Program-made: the position numbers and the translations under genes
The notes under the pieces: model-generated
Database searches by the model: none
The model's input: only the letters and a program-made list of their open reading frames with translations
What the model was told of the DNA's origin: nothing
Shown: one piece after another, positions 26,058 through 38,485 of the stretch
Numbering within the stretch: the stretch's first letter is position 1
How the letters are laid out: each line of letters begins with the position of its first letter
DNA from: Eledone cirrhosa
Taxonomy: Eukaryota
Direction: 5' to 3'
NCBI GenBank assembly: GCA_964016885.1
Contig: OZ024750.1
Location: forward strand, 40,114,001-40,178,000
Length of the DNA stretch: 64,000 nt

Positions 26058-27466
26058 ACAAATAATGATAGTTAAGATGGGATTAATTCACCATCATTGT
26101 TTATTGCATGATATATATTTCTGTTACATGGTTATTCATGTAACTTTGTCAGATTGCATAACTACACCTGGGATTGCGATATGCCGGTGGCCATGTACAT
26201 TTATCCTGGAGAGGGGGGGGGGGGAGAAAGAGATATAGAGGAGTAATCGAATCAGTTTTAGACTGGTACTTTCTTTTATTGGTTTCGATAGGATGAAAGG
26301 CAAAGCATTCTATCCGACGTTCTAACGACTCAGTTATATTATTACAAAATTGATTTCGGTGGAACTCGGAATGCAGAGAGGCGACGAATATTGCAAATCA
26401 TTCTCCCCGATGTTTTAACGATTCTGCTAATTCACCACCTTCAACAACACCAAGGATTTCTTTTATATGCCAAAGGTTACGGTGTTGAATTCACGATTAT
26501 AAAGTTGTCGGTTCGATTCTTGAACCAGACAACGCGTGAACAGGAGGCTATATTTCATGTCGTTCGAGACCACTCAACTGGAAAAATAATTAGTACCAGC
26601 AACAGCGGGGGGTTAGCCCCTGCAACGAACTGGTATCCTGTGCAGGAGAGAATTCTATCCATGATAAGACTGGAAGCCCTTACCATTAAAACACCCGAGA
26701 AACCCCTACAAGATGAAATCTGGTAGGTGGCCAGCTAAGCTTATATAGGTGTAAACTGTCACATACAATGGCAGTTGATAAGGTGTGTGAACTGAGGAAG
26801 AGGAAAGTCGATTATATCGACCCCAGTACTTCACTGGTACTTTATTTTACCGACCAGTCAAAGGATATAAAAGCTGATCTGGGTGTGAGTTGAACTCAGA
26901 ACCTAATGCCATAACTAAAAGCTGTAATGCTGTCTGAGACTCTACCAATTCTGCCAACCCACCGCCTTCTCTGTCTTAATAATAATCATATCTTGTACCA
27001 AAGGTGAAAGATAAGGTTAAAGCCTGTGAAAATAGTTGAAAACAGTTCATTAAAACCAGTCTAACAATACGATCTTTTATTGTTTGTCAGTTCATATTCT
27101 AAAAAGAGGAAGATTTCTCTGGGAAACCTTACGTTAACTCACACCATCTTCTACTATATTTATATTCATTTAAGAATATATTCAACGATTCATTTGCATT
27201 TTATTTCTTCTTCCTTTATTTTGTTATCTTCTCCCACCCTCCTTCTCTTCCTCTTTCACACATTTCTCCATTTGCCAGTTTAACAATATATCCATCATTA
27301 TACCTCTTTAGAACACATCTGATCAACTTAATATGGTGTCCACTTTGCAAGCGCCCACGATATATATTTCATCAACAGTGCTCTATTGTATCTAATGGAA
27401 GACAACTGTTGTTGGTCCACCTCTCTCTTAGTCATAGATTGGTGTTATATAGAATTGTGTAGTTAA

Positions 27467-27642
27467 CCCTTTAGCATTTAAACCGGCTGTAACTAGCCGC
27501 TCATACTGTTGCTAAGGTATTGCTCTCAAAATAAATAAAATCAAAATTTCATAGATTTGATATTATGTGAGATATTATGTGAGGTAAAACCATTACCATG
27601 AAGATATAATTGTAAATATAGATTAATGTAAATGGTAAAGGG
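27467..27642. mobile_element. piggyBac-type MITE
   Basis: TTAA|CCCTTTAGCATTTA...TAAATGGTAAAGGG|TTAA. Confidence 0.85.
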
Positions 27643-29029
27643 TTAAAGAGGACTTCATTTTCTCGCAGTATTTATTTCAAATACTTCCATGGGTATCACA
27701 TGGCAAGAGTTTCACTCCGTTAAATGATATTGCTTTAAATACAGTGGATAAAGTATTATTTGATATGCTGTATACATAATCATTCTCTCTTGAATTTATA
27801 TTATCAATAGCTCGGAATTTATCCTGGAGCTTTCATGTTGCATGATGCATGTCTGTAATTCTTCAGACACGACATTTCCATTCGTTTTAGTAATAGATGC
27901 AAGGGAGGCAGTGAATTTCCAGTCGTTTGAATGTCGATTAGAATGCTTTGCAGCATTCGTTCCTGCTCTCTGCTCTTTCAGTTCAAATTCCGTTAAGGTT
28001 ACCTTTAGCTTTCATCCTTTCGGGGTCGATAAAACAGTACCAGTTTAGTATTAGGGTTAATTCTTCCTCCATATCTCTATATCTCACTTCCTTTCTCTCA
28101 CTCTCTGTCCTTCTCTGGTATAAATTTGCTCTATTCAGATATGGCAAGGAGATGGGCTCTGCTAGGTTTTAAAATGTCCTAAGAAATGCCGTAAGACAAT
28201 ATGGCGCTCATACGATTCTCTCAGGAGTTATGGGTCCATACCAATATATATAAGATGTTATTTTTACTGTTGTTTAGTCCCTAGGTCAAACCTAATCAAG
28301 CATACCTACAGCATATAAGTTTTGGGATGAATGACTGGGTCAGATTCATTCAAGCGTCGTTCCTGCTGTAAAAATCGCGTCTTTTCATACAAAAGAGGTC
28401 ATTATCCAACATTTTCTTTCTGTTTCAAAGATGGCTGGATGTTGGTTTAAGAAGCTTCCTCACTCACGAAAATAATATTTATTTTGAGCGACAAGAAAGC
28501 ACTGAACTTTATTTATGAATGATAAAAAGACAAAAAGAAGACGGTAAAAAGAAAAGGCGTGAGAGAAGAAATGAGAAAATGGGCAAACTCTGCACCTTTG
28601 GCTTGAGGGCATATCTCAGCTGAACTTCACGGAAATGATGGCAGAAGTGTAGTCTTGGAGAAAAGTCAGAGATATCCGCTGTATCAACCATTCTTCCTCG
28701 CCGAAGTCCTTTCATTTGGCGACTGGCACAAAAATATTTAGTTACTCAATGAACGTGTCTGCATTGGTCAGTATGGGTCATCTCTGTATATGAATATGTC
28801 TGTCTGTGTGTATGCCAGAGGTTCTCAAACGTTTTGTCCCCCCCCCTCCACCTCCTCACGGCCACGTAATACCCCCCCCCCCCATATTTCCAGAGAGACC
28901 TACCTACACACAAATTGTAAATAATATATAATAAAATAAAATCGTTAATTTATATACAATAAATAATATAATATATTACTGTGTGTAAATAAATATTATA
29001 TATTTTTTATTTAACTATATTTATATATA

Positions 29030-29220
29030 ATTGTTTCTACTTTTTGGCACAAGGCCAGCAATTATCCCAGTGCATTACTGGTACTTTATTTTATCGACCC
29101 CGTAAGGATGAAAGGCAAAGTTAACTTCAGCGGGATTTGAACTCAGACTGGAAAGGGACGTAACTCTATGCTACAAAGCATGGTGTCCGAACCGCTACCC
29201 ATACTGCCAATCCACCAACC
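29030..29220 (-). mobile_element. SINE family 1
   Basis: Reverse complement of 7941-8131. Confidence 0.85.
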
Positions 29221-29495
29221 TGGTGGATTTTTATTTCACTCAATAGTTCACACAGTAGTGAAAGTATCAAAACCACAGAAAAGATCAGTCCAGTTTTCTC
29301 AATAGTTCACACAGTAGTGAAAGTATCAAAACTACCGTTCAATCATTAATGTCACCAGTTTTAAAATAATCATCGCATTATGTTAATGAAGATTGTTTGT
29401 TTATAATTTGCTTGAACTGCGTCTGAGAAACAACAAATGTTGCTAAGCTACTTACTAAACATGAATATTTGACACAAAACTACACTTGCATACAG

Positions 29496-29575
<80 letters not shown>

Positions 29576-29814
29576 ATCTATCTGTCTATCTGTCTACGAT
29601 GGACACATGTGCTGAGCTCGCTCGGTAAGTTTTTGTTTAAATTCATACGGAAATTGTAAACTGTAAACTTTCATTTTTGTATCATTTTGTAGAGGGACTG
29701 CCAGGTCAAATTTTGATCTGGTCGGTCTCTCAAAATATTCTGCGCCTTTGGGCGAAATAGTATTGTGAACATTTTATCTCTCGAAAAACTTCGAAAAACC
29801 CTATTTTGAGAAAA

Positions 29815-29991
29815 ATGGCTGAAGCATCCTCACCATCAATCAAAGAAGGAAAGGGGAAGTTATACTCACAGCTTCCCCCTGCCACTGTCACAGCAGCAGA
29901 TGCCAAAGGCAGAGGTCAGAGAGAGGAAGAATTGTCTTCACCTGTTGACCGACCACTAGATGTAGCCACAACTACACAAGAATTTGAAAAC

Positions 29992-30022
<31 letters not shown>

Positions 30023-31659
30023 GCAACAATAAAGACAGCAAAAACAACAACAACACAAACGTCACAAGTATCCACACACGAAACGAGAAAGACAACAACA
30101 ACAACAAAGATGAAAACAACTCAAACGACGAGAAACAAAACAATACTAATATCCAAAACGAAAACAAAATATCTTTTGCACAAACGGCTAAATTATCAGT
30201 CGCTTATGTGCTGGAAGATATTTCAAAAGCAAAAGAAATGCTGGAAAAAGCCAAGAAATATGTGTCTTTTGGCGAAAACGGATCGTTTTCTATACATTCA
30301 CCTCCGGAGCTAAAAAGACAGACGGAATTACGAACTGTCGTATTCCGAACAATTTTAAATAAAACAAAGAAACCAGCGCAACCATCTCAAGCAGAAACTC
30401 AGTTAGTCTTGAAAGACGCGATGAGAGACATCACTTTCATACAAAAGGATAAACTCTATGGGAGTTTATCCATATTGATGAAAGACGAATTGGCGGCAAA
30501 AAAATACTCTGTGTCGCCAATTCGGTCCACACACTACACCTTCTTCCCCACCTACATGGGTAAAAAAACCCAGAGGATATGGATAACCACCATCACCCCA
30601 AACATAAACTACTGGTGGTTACTAACCGGTTTCCTCAATTTAGACGAGGACAACCTCATCTCAATAGGGAAGGCATCCGGCGACGCGTTCAGTGGAACGA
30701 GCCTTGAAGTTCTGACCCAAATAAGGCCAGAACGCATCGCCCAAATCCCTGAGCGCGTCATGCTGGATGACCGTACCCACCTCAACATTATTGTGGAGGG
30801 TAGGCGTCCCTCCTGTTACCTCTGTGGCAATAGAGGTCACCTGAGGGCTGCCTGTCCCCAGCTCACACAGAAAAAAACACTGCTACCAACACCAACACCA
30901 CCCCAACTACAACAACAAAAACAACCACAACAACAACAAAAACCAACAACCCCACCACCACAACAACAACAACAACAAACACGTGAAAAAATAACACAGA
31001 ATACTGTCCCACCCAATCCCTCCCCACCCAAAACAAATACAAAAACACGCACACCGCAAACACTACCAGAAAACATACCCCTCCCACCCAACAAGGAAGA
31101 CGAACCTCTTTCGTCGCAAGACGAAAAAGATCCCTTCCAACAAGTAAAAAGAAAGAAGAGGAGACACACCACAGACACACATGTTAACTTTAACCCCCCC
31201 CAAGAGAACACAAACTACACACAAACCACCCCTCCCTGTCACACAACACTAACTGCTACACAAAAAAAGACATTACAATACACATACATGAACACAGACA
31301 ACAAAGAATTACGGAAAACAATTTCAGCAAACCCTTCGGTCCAAACCGAAGGGCCAAACTTTATAACTGCTGTGGGACTACCTCATTTGAAAATGATAAA
31401 AGTCCCAATGCACTTGTACAAAACACTGAAAATAAATTTCACGGAGGACGTGGGCCCCCCCTGCGCCAAACCAATCAACCGCGTCCTCCTAAAAAATTTC
31501 ACCCCCCCACCTCACCCAGACACCCACTCAACGACAAACACCCCAACCCCACAACACACCGATGCCCCTTCACTTCCACAAACCACAACCCCACCCAACA
31601 ACCCATCCCCAACCAGCATGGAAATTGAGCGGCCCGTTTCCCGGGACGCAGAGAGGTAA
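29815..31659 (+). CDS. LINE ORF1, gag-like nucleic-acid-binding protein with CCHC zinc knuckle
   Basis: ATG at 29815; VEGRRPSCYLCGNRGHLRAAC (CX2CX4HX4C); N-rich and Q/P-rich low-complexity flanks; basic VKRKKRR. Confidence 0.85.
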
Positions 31660-31683
31660 GTGCCTTTTCTCTTTACCACCAAC

Positions 31684-34600
31684 ATGGCTGTGCTAAGAGT
31701 AGGGTGTCTAAATGCGCGTGGCCTGGGCTCGTCTTGGAAGCAAGCAATGCTTCTAAATGACCTCAGGTCACAATCTATAAATGTGATGGTTATCTGCGAG
31801 GCCCGGATCAGCAGCATGCGACAGCTAGCCCCCACCTTTGACGACTTTGAGATGCACGCATCTCTCTGTCAGCCCGGAGGTGGGGGTGGGGTTGTCGTTC
31901 TGCTGCAAAAACATATGGGCCTTGCAACACAGATAGTTCACTTGGACCCAGGGGGTCGACTGGTGGTGCTGGACCTTGGCAGTGGTGAAGGTAGAGCCTT
32001 TAGGCTGATAGCCGCATATGCCCCTTTTGGGACAGAGCGGCCCGACTTTTTCCAGCGTCTGGAGTCTTTTCTAGGGACGTCCCGTTCCCTGCTTTTAGTG
32101 GGGGATTGGAATGGTATCCTGGATGCACGTTGGGACTATGCAGGGGCATGTCCCGATAGAGAGGGGTGCAACAGCCTCAAGGGGTTACTCGGCCGATTTG
32201 ACCTGGCCGATAGATTTCGACTAGATTTTCCGACGGTGCCAACCTGGTCTTGGTCAAATCGCAGCGGATCATCTAGATCGTACCTAGATAGATTTTTAGT
32301 TAGAAATAAGGACAGGGACTTTTTAAGTTGTCCAGAAATGCTCATGGTTGGCTATTCAGACCACAAGTTGGTGACCTGCATGGTCAACCTTGATAGAACG
32401 CATAGACAGGGCCCCGGTTACTGGAAGCTCAACTTGTCCTTGCCGGCAAGTAGAGCCTACAGGAATCGGATTAGTACGTTAGTTAAGGAACGGTTGACTG
32501 GAGCGATCGTCAACAGCAGGTGGTGGGTATCTCTAAAGAGAGAGATTAGAGTAGTCTCGATTGAATTTAGTAAGGTTCTAGCTGCGGATAGGAATAGGAA
32601 GGAAAGGGAGCTAATAGATAGAGTAGAAGAGGCAATTAGAAGCGGCGACGTGGCCAGAGTGCTAGCGTCGAGAACGGCTTTGAGCCAGTTTTTCGACGCG
32701 AAGCACGAAGGCTGCGTTGTCCGAAGTAAAATACGTGCTCTAGGGAACGAGGGGGCCAAAGCTGTTAGCTGGGCCCGCGTGACAGAGGCCAACAGTGGAA
32801 CTAAATCCACCATCCGGTCTTTGCGAGACCTGGATGGACGGGCGATTCTTGAGCCTAAGCAGATGTGTGAGGCCTTTCAAAGGCACTTTGCCCGACTGTT
32901 CGGGAGGGGCGGGGAGCCGGTTGGAAACGTGGACTTCGGTCCATACCTCGACGGCCTGCCGCGCCTCTCGGACAGGGAGGCGAAGTCTTGCGAGGAGCCG
33001 ATTTCGGCCGCTGAGATAGAGGACGTGCTGGGCCAATGCGGCAAACGCAAATCCCCGGGTCTCGATGGTCTTCCTTACGAATTATATCTAGCTATGCCGG
33101 ACTTGTTCCCCGATCTCCTCGAGGCGGTCTACTGCAACTGGCAACAGAACGGGAGAATTCCCTGTACTGTGACCAAGGGCGTAGTCACGCTAGTGAGGAA
33201 GGACGAGAACAAGGGGGACGAAATAAGTAACTTCAGGCCCATAACTCTGCTAAATACAGAGTTACAGATTTTGGCCAAAGTGCTAGCAAAGAGGTTGGCG
33301 CTTGTCGTGGGCAACCTGGTGGGAGTTGCGCAGACATGCGCTATCCCGTCCAGGTCCATCCATGACAACCTCCACCTCATGCGATACATCATAGAGAGGG
33401 TTGGGAACGAACCCGGCTTTGGTGGGGCTCTGATCAACTTGGATCAATCTAAGGCGTTCGATAGGGTCGACCATGGTTACCTGGATGCGGTGCTAGCGGC
33501 GGCAGGCTTCGGACCCGTTTTCAGGGGCTGGATCACTGCTATGCACAGCAGCCGCATCTGCTCTAGGGTCAAGGTGAACGGCTACCTCTCGGAGCCGTTC
33601 AAAATCGCGCGGTCCATCCGACAAGGGTGCCCTCTCTCCTCCCTTCTGTATGTGTTGACTCTCGAGCCACTACTGCGGAAGTTGGAGTTGTTGCAGGGCA
33701 TCCCTTTGGAACCGGGATTGCGGAAAGCGGTGTCAGCCTACGCCGATGATGTGACAGTAATGGTGTCGACGGCCTCCGAAATCGAGGCGGTCGGCACCTT
33801 ACTGGAGGAGTACGAAAAGTTCACAGGGGCTAAGCTGAACCGGGACAAGTCGATCGGTTTGCAACTCGGCACGTGGAGGGGCAGACCGATGCCTTCCGAT
33901 GGCGTCGTCGGACGCTGGACGGAGGGCCCGGTGAAGTTGCTCGGGGTCTGGTTCGGACCGGACCTCCAGGTGGAGAAAAACTGGGCGGAGGTTACGAACA
34001 GGGTGTTTGCACTGACCCAGAAGTGGGCCAGTTGCAAACTATCCCTGAAAGGTCGGGCGGAGGTGGCGAACACTTATATAGCGTCCGTCATCTACTACCG
34101 CCTGACCGTAGTGCCCTGCCCAAGGGAAACCCTCACCAAGATGGAGCGCGCGCTCTTCCAATTCCTTTGGAAGGGGCGGGCTCCTATGGTGAGGAGATCC
34201 ATCTGCTGTCAACACCCTTCGAAAGGAGGGCTGGGGATGCCGTGGCTAATGATGCGTAAACACGCATTAAGGCTACGGCACCTCTACGTATTCCTCACCG
34301 GACAACCGGTGTGGGCCCCGTTTGTGAGACGAACCTTTCCCAGACTCGTCTCACTCACCGAACTGCAATCCTGGGTCAAGCAGAGACCGAGAAAACTGGG
34401 CGCCTGGCACACTGAGTGTGCCCAGGCGCTCACCGCCCTCTGGCAGGCGGATCCGGTTATCAGTGGAGACTCCACCGCAACATTCTATAGAGGGCTGGTA
34501 CGCAGCAGGTGCGACGACGCCCTCGGAGAAGCCCTAGACATGGAGGAGGACGAACTGGCCAGCCTGTTCGGTAGGACATTCAGCCCGGGACCTATGGACA

Positions 34601-35121
34601 ACTTCCAGAAGTCCCTGGCCTGGCAGTGCTACCGAGGGGCTTTACCCGTTCGAGAAAGGCTCTACAGACACGGGCGCCCGGGTAGGGACCCCGCCAAAAA
34701 GATCTGTCCCAGATGCGTGTGCGACGAGGAAACCGTTGCACACGCATTGGTACACTGCTCGGGCGTAGCCGATCTGTGGGGCTATGTCGAACAACTGCTG
34801 TCAAGGGTGGGACCGATCCGGTTGACCACCGAGTCTATTGTAATGATCAAGCCGCCTCCCCCCTTCAAAGATGAAGCAGAGGCGGTGTTTCTGTGCGTAA
34901 TAGCCATGGCGAAAGAGGTTGTATGGTGGACGCGTCTGAAAGGACTGAGGTCGGGCGCCTTTCTCTCTGGCCAACAACTGGTCCGTTTCTTCCGATATCA
35001 TTTCGGAAGAAGGATCAGGATGGAGAGAGAGGTGCTGCACCCCAGTCGTTTTTATGAAAGGTGGGTGAAAGTGGCGAGAATGGCCCGTGTGAATGGGCCT
35101 TCTCTTTACATAAGCCTGTAG
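31684..35121 (+). CDS. LINE ORF2: AP endonuclease + reverse transcriptase + C-terminal CCHC (zf-RVT)
   Basis: APE motifs LNARG, GDWN, LDRF, SDH; GYWKLN; RT motifs SPGLDG, FRPITLLN, LDQSKAFD, RQGCPLS, YADD; GGLG; CPRC..EETVAHALVHC. Confidence 0.95.
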   Translation: MAVLRVGCLNARGLGSSWKQAMLLNDLRSQSINVMVICEARISSMRQLAPTFDDFEMHASLCQPGGGGGVVVLLQKHMGLATQIVHLDPGGRLVVLDLGSGEGRAFRLIAAYAPFGTERPDFFQRLESFLGTSRSLLLVGDWNGILDARWDYAGACPDREGCNSLKGLLGRFDLADRFRLDFPTVPTWSWSNRSGSSRSYLDRFLVRNKDRDFLSCPEMLMVGYSDHKLVTCMVNLDRTHRQGPGYWKLNLSLPASRAYRNRISTLVKERLTGAIVNSRWWVSLKREIRVVSIEFSKVLAADRNRKERELIDRVEEAIRSGDVARVLASRTALSQFFDAKHEGCVVRSKIRALGNEGAKAVSWARVTEANSGTKSTIRSLRDLDGRAILEPKQMCEAFQRHFARLFGRGGEPVGNVDFGPYLDGLPRLSDREAKSCEEPISAAEIEDVLGQCGKRKSPGLDGLPYELYLAMPDLFPDLLEAVYCNWQQNGRIPCTVTKGVVTLVRKDENKGDEISNFRPITLLNTELQILAKVLAKRLALVVGNLVGVAQTCAIPSRSIHDNLHLMRYIIERVGNEPGFGGALINLDQSKAFDRVDHGYLDAVLAAAGFGPVFRGWITAMHSSRICSRVKVNGYLSEPFKIARSIRQGCPLSSLLYVLTLEPLLRKLELLQGIPLEPGLRKAVSAYADDVTVMVSTASEIEAVGTLLEEYEKFTGAKLNRDKSIGLQLGTWRGRPMPSDGVVGRWTEGPVKLLGVWFGPDLQVEKNWAEVTNRVFALTQKWASCKLSLKGRAEVANTYIASVIYYRLTVVPCPRETLTKMERALFQFLWKGRAPMVRRSICCQHPSKGGLGMPWLMMRKHALRLRHLYVFLTGQPVWAPFVRRTFPRLVSLTELQSWVKQRPRKLGAWHTECAQALTALWQADPVISGDSTATFYRGLVRSRCDDALGEALDMEEDELASLFGRTFSPGPMDNFQKSLAWQCYRGALPVRERLYRHGRPGRDPAKKICPRCVCDEETVAHALVHCSGVADLWGYVEQLLSRVGPIRLTTESIVMIKPPPPFKDEAEAVFLCVIAMAKEVVWWTRLKGLRSGAFLSGQQLVRFFRYHFGRRIRMEREVLHPSRFYERWVKVARMARVNGPSLYISL

Positions 35122-35404
35122 GTGGAAAAGAGGAAGGAACGAGGGAGCACCCCCTCTCTGTGCTCCTGAGGAAAAGGGTTGCACACTTTTTTCGGGGGTG
35201 TGTGCGACCCCCCAAGGCGCCTCCTCTCTATTGAGGATTTTGTTAAACATTTTATTTTTTGTTATATCTTATTTTATTTTTATATTTTGTTATTGCCTCC
35301 TCCTTATTGAGGACGCCTTTTTGTGTAAACTCCCCCCTTTGTACTTGTCCCACTTTTGATGCCCTAGTGGCAAATAAAAGAAACTTATCTTATATATATC
35401 CACA

Positions 35405-35593
35405 GGGCGGTGGATTGGCAGTATCGGTAGAGAGTCGGACGCCATGCTTTCCAGCATAGTTACGTCCCTTTACGATCTGAGTTCAAATCCCGCCGAGGTT
35501 GACTTTGCCTTTCATCCTTACGGGGTCGATAAAATAAAGTACCAGTAATGCACTGGGTAATTGCTGGCCTTGTGCCTAAAGTAGAAACAATTA
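35405..35593 (+). mobile_element. SINE family 1, full length
   Basis: Near-identical to 7941-8131. Confidence 0.88.
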
Positions 35594-35596
35594 TCT

Positions 35597-35636
<40 letters not shown>

Positions 35637-35672
35637 AATGTATTTTCGTATGTTGATTTTTCCATTATATTA

Positions 35673-35718
<46 letters not shown>

Positions 35719-35748
35719 ATATAATGGCGAAATCAGCATACGAAAATA

Positions 35749-35812
<64 letters not shown>

Positions 35813-36285
35813 TAAGATAATAAAGTAATCACCATACAATAATACATTCATACATAATGAAATAATGAGATGTAACAAAGATGTAGGTTTATGGTAGTAA
35901 CTGAATACTTAAATCCAGGTTTTTTTACTTCCATTCTTTCTTCTTTATAGAATTATTTAATGGGTTTTAGGATTGGTAGTAGTTATGCAAGTTGATAAGA
36001 TAGGACAAGAATTTAAAGAAGAGGTCATTACGACTGAGATTAGAGAATTATTTAAATTTGTAAAGTTAAGAATATCTAAGAAATGTCGTGTTCTTTTCAA
36101 GTTTGTTATCTATATTTAATTTTGTCTTGGCGAGAAGTATCACGTCCTCCCGACTATAATTTATTCATATAACTACTTGTTTACTTGCTGGTCAGAGGAA
36201 GTACTGATATGGCATGAAGGTATATCTGTCGTCTTAGAAGAGAAATACATAATCTCCATAATAGACACATTACGGTCCAACGTAA

Positions 36286-36866
36286 CTGGGATGATGACAT
36301 CAGTTGCGGGTCCTCTATCAGGCGGATCGAGTCACCGCGCCTGCCTCCGCTCCGCTTATCAGCCCAACAGCGGCGCGTGGCTCAATTCGGTGGCCTCCTC
36401 ATCAACCGGTACCCTACTTGATGATGAGTACACTTGCATCGGACGATCCCAACGCCTTGGCTTCCGCGTGTGTGAGCTATATAAATGCCGCTGCCGGGCG
36501 GTTATTGACAAGTTCGGCCTGCACCCTCTGTCTTGCCGTGGGATGATGACATCAGTTGCGGGTCCTCTGTCAGGCGGATCGAGTCTCGTGTGGACCAACA
36601 TCACCGCGCCTGCCTCCGCTCCGCTTATCAGCCCAACAGCGGCGCGTGGCTCAATTCGGTGGCCTTCTCATCAACCGGTACCCTACTTGATGATGAGTAC
36701 ACTTGCATCGGACGAGCCCAACGCCTTGGCTTCCGCGTGTGTGAGCCACATAAATGCCGCTGCGGGACGGTTATTGACAAGTTCGGCCTGCACCCTCTGT
36801 CTTGCCGCCAGAGTGTGGGCCCGTTTCTCCGACACACCGTTCTCAACGACATATTGAGAAGCGGCT
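36286..36866 (+). pseudogene. CRE-clade (RLE-type) non-LTR retrotransposon relic, zinc-knuckle region, tandemly duplicated
   Basis: SGAWLNSV..GTLLD..RLG..HKCRCG..DKFGLHPLSC..RHTVLNDI is the typical CRE post-RT/CCHC region. A ~250-bp block occurs twice (36288 and 36540). Confidence 0.7.
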
Positions 36867-37049
36867 GTCATATGGGGTTCGATAGGGGAAAATAATCGAT
36901 GTAAACCCGAAATTGTACATCAATATACACTCATGACAGGAGCAATGTGCTCGAACACGGAAGAGCCGAACTCCCACCCTCATCGCCCCCATCTCTCTCG
37001 CCCTCCCCATCTCTCTGTATGGTGAGCAAATGGGGCTCCATGTGCTGGT

Positions 37050-38065
37050 CACCCCACAGCCCCGGCGGATAGAATGGAGAAGGTGTTTCCCTGAAGGATA
37101 GTAAGTTAGATGCGCTGGAAGAGCTATCCCATCTCGCGAGACTCACACCTGCGGCTGGCCAGCTCAGCGCCTATGGTGGTGAATAGGGAGGTAGCCCTAG
37201 GACCGAGGACACCAGAAGTCTCCACTGCTACAGGTAGCCAGCTCAGCGCCTATGGTTGTGAATAGGGAGGTAGCCCTAGGACCGAGGACACCAGAAGTCT
37301 CCACTGCTACAGGTAGCCAGCTCAGCGCCTATGGTGGTGAATAGGGAGGTAGCCCTAGGGCCAAGGAGACCAGAAGTCTCCACTGCTACAGGTAGCCAGC
37401 TCAGCGCCTATGGTGGTGAGTAGGGAGGTAGCCCTAGGACCAAGGAGACCAGAAGTCTCCACTGCTACAGGTAGCCAGCTCAGCGCCTATGGTGGTGAAT
37501 AGGGAGGTAGCCCTAGGACCAAGGAGACCAGAAGTCTCCACTGCTACAGGAAGCCAGCTCAGCGCCTATGGTGGTGAGTAGGGAGGTAGCCCTAGGGCCA
37601 AGGAGACTAGAAGTCTCCACTGCTACAGGTAGCCAGCTCAGCGCCTATGGTGGTGAGTAGGGAGGTAGCCCTAGGGCCAAGGAGACCAGAAGTCTCCACT
37701 GCTACAGGTACCCAGCTCAGCGCCTATGGTGGTGAATAGGGAGGTAGCCCTAGGACCAAGGAGACCAGAAGTCTCCACTGCTACAGGTACCCAGCTCAGC
37801 GCCTATGGTGGTGAATAGGGAGGTAGCCCTAGGGCCGAGGACACCAGAGGTCTCCACTGCTACAGGTAGCCAGCTCTGCACCTATGGTGTTGAGTAGGGA
37901 GGTAGCCCTAGGGCCGAGGACACCAGAAGTCTCCACTGCTACAGGTAGCCAGCTCAGCGCCTATGGTGGTGAATAAGGAGGTAGCCCTAGGACCAAGGAG
38001 ACCAGAAGTCTCCACTGCTAGGGGCACGACCGCAAACATGTTGTCGGAGAGCGACGCCAGAGAGA
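37050..38065 (-). pseudogene. CRE-clade restriction-like endonuclease C-terminus, interrupted by a minisatellite
   Basis: VPLAVETSGLLGPRA before the array and ESREMG*LFQRI*LTILQGN after it match the P.A.ET.G...QRIS...GN tail. Confidence 0.7.
37155..38020. repeat. 79-bp minisatellite, ~11 copies
   Basis: AGGTAGCCAGCTCAGCGCCTATGGTGGTGAATAGGGAGGTAGCCCTAGGACCAAGGAGACCAGAAGTCTCCACTGCTAC at 37232, 37311, 37390 and onward. Confidence 0.97.
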
Positions 38066-38207
38066 TTTCTTCCATACTATCATAAGGGTGGTGATGGTAT
38101 CGTTTACTGATATACACGTCTATTGATACAGACACACACTGAAAGACTGACTCTCAATAAATATTGGCATTTTAAAAATGAGATCGATCACGTTTCTCGA
38201 CTGTAAT

Positions 38208-38430
38208 ATTGTTTCTACTTTAGGCACAAGGCCAGCAATTTAAAGGGGTGGGGGAAAGTCGATTAAATAGACCCCAGTGCATTACTGGTACTTTATTTAT
38301 CGACCCCGTAAGGAAGAAAAGCAAAGCTAACCTCGGCGGGCTTTGAACTCAGAACGTAAAAGACCATAACTCTATGCTGCAAAACATGGCGTCCGACGCT
38401 CTACTGATACTGCTAATCTACTTCCCTAAC
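38208..38430 (-). mobile_element. SINE family 1 with probable TSD
   Basis: TCTCGACTGTAATATTG occurs at both ~38194 and ~38431. Confidence 0.85.
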
Positions 38431-38485
38431 TCTCGACTGTAATATTGAAAAATTGTTAACATGGCGGTTAATATTAATATTTTAA

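Larger units (their letters stand above)
29598..35385 (+). mobile_element. Full-length L1/Tx1-clade non-LTR retrotransposon
   Basis: Two uninterrupted ORFs, a ~220-bp 5' UTR, and a 3' UTR ending AATAAAAGAAAC. Boundaries are approximate and no exact TSD was found. Confidence 0.9.

Noticed and set aside
28509-28730. Possible host exon on the minus strand
   Set aside because: Splice sites are weak and the peptide is unrecognisable; it cannot be supported without transcripts.
32136-35250. Antisense and alternate-frame ORFs over LINE ORF2
   Set aside because: These are shadow ORFs of a GC-rich coding sequence.
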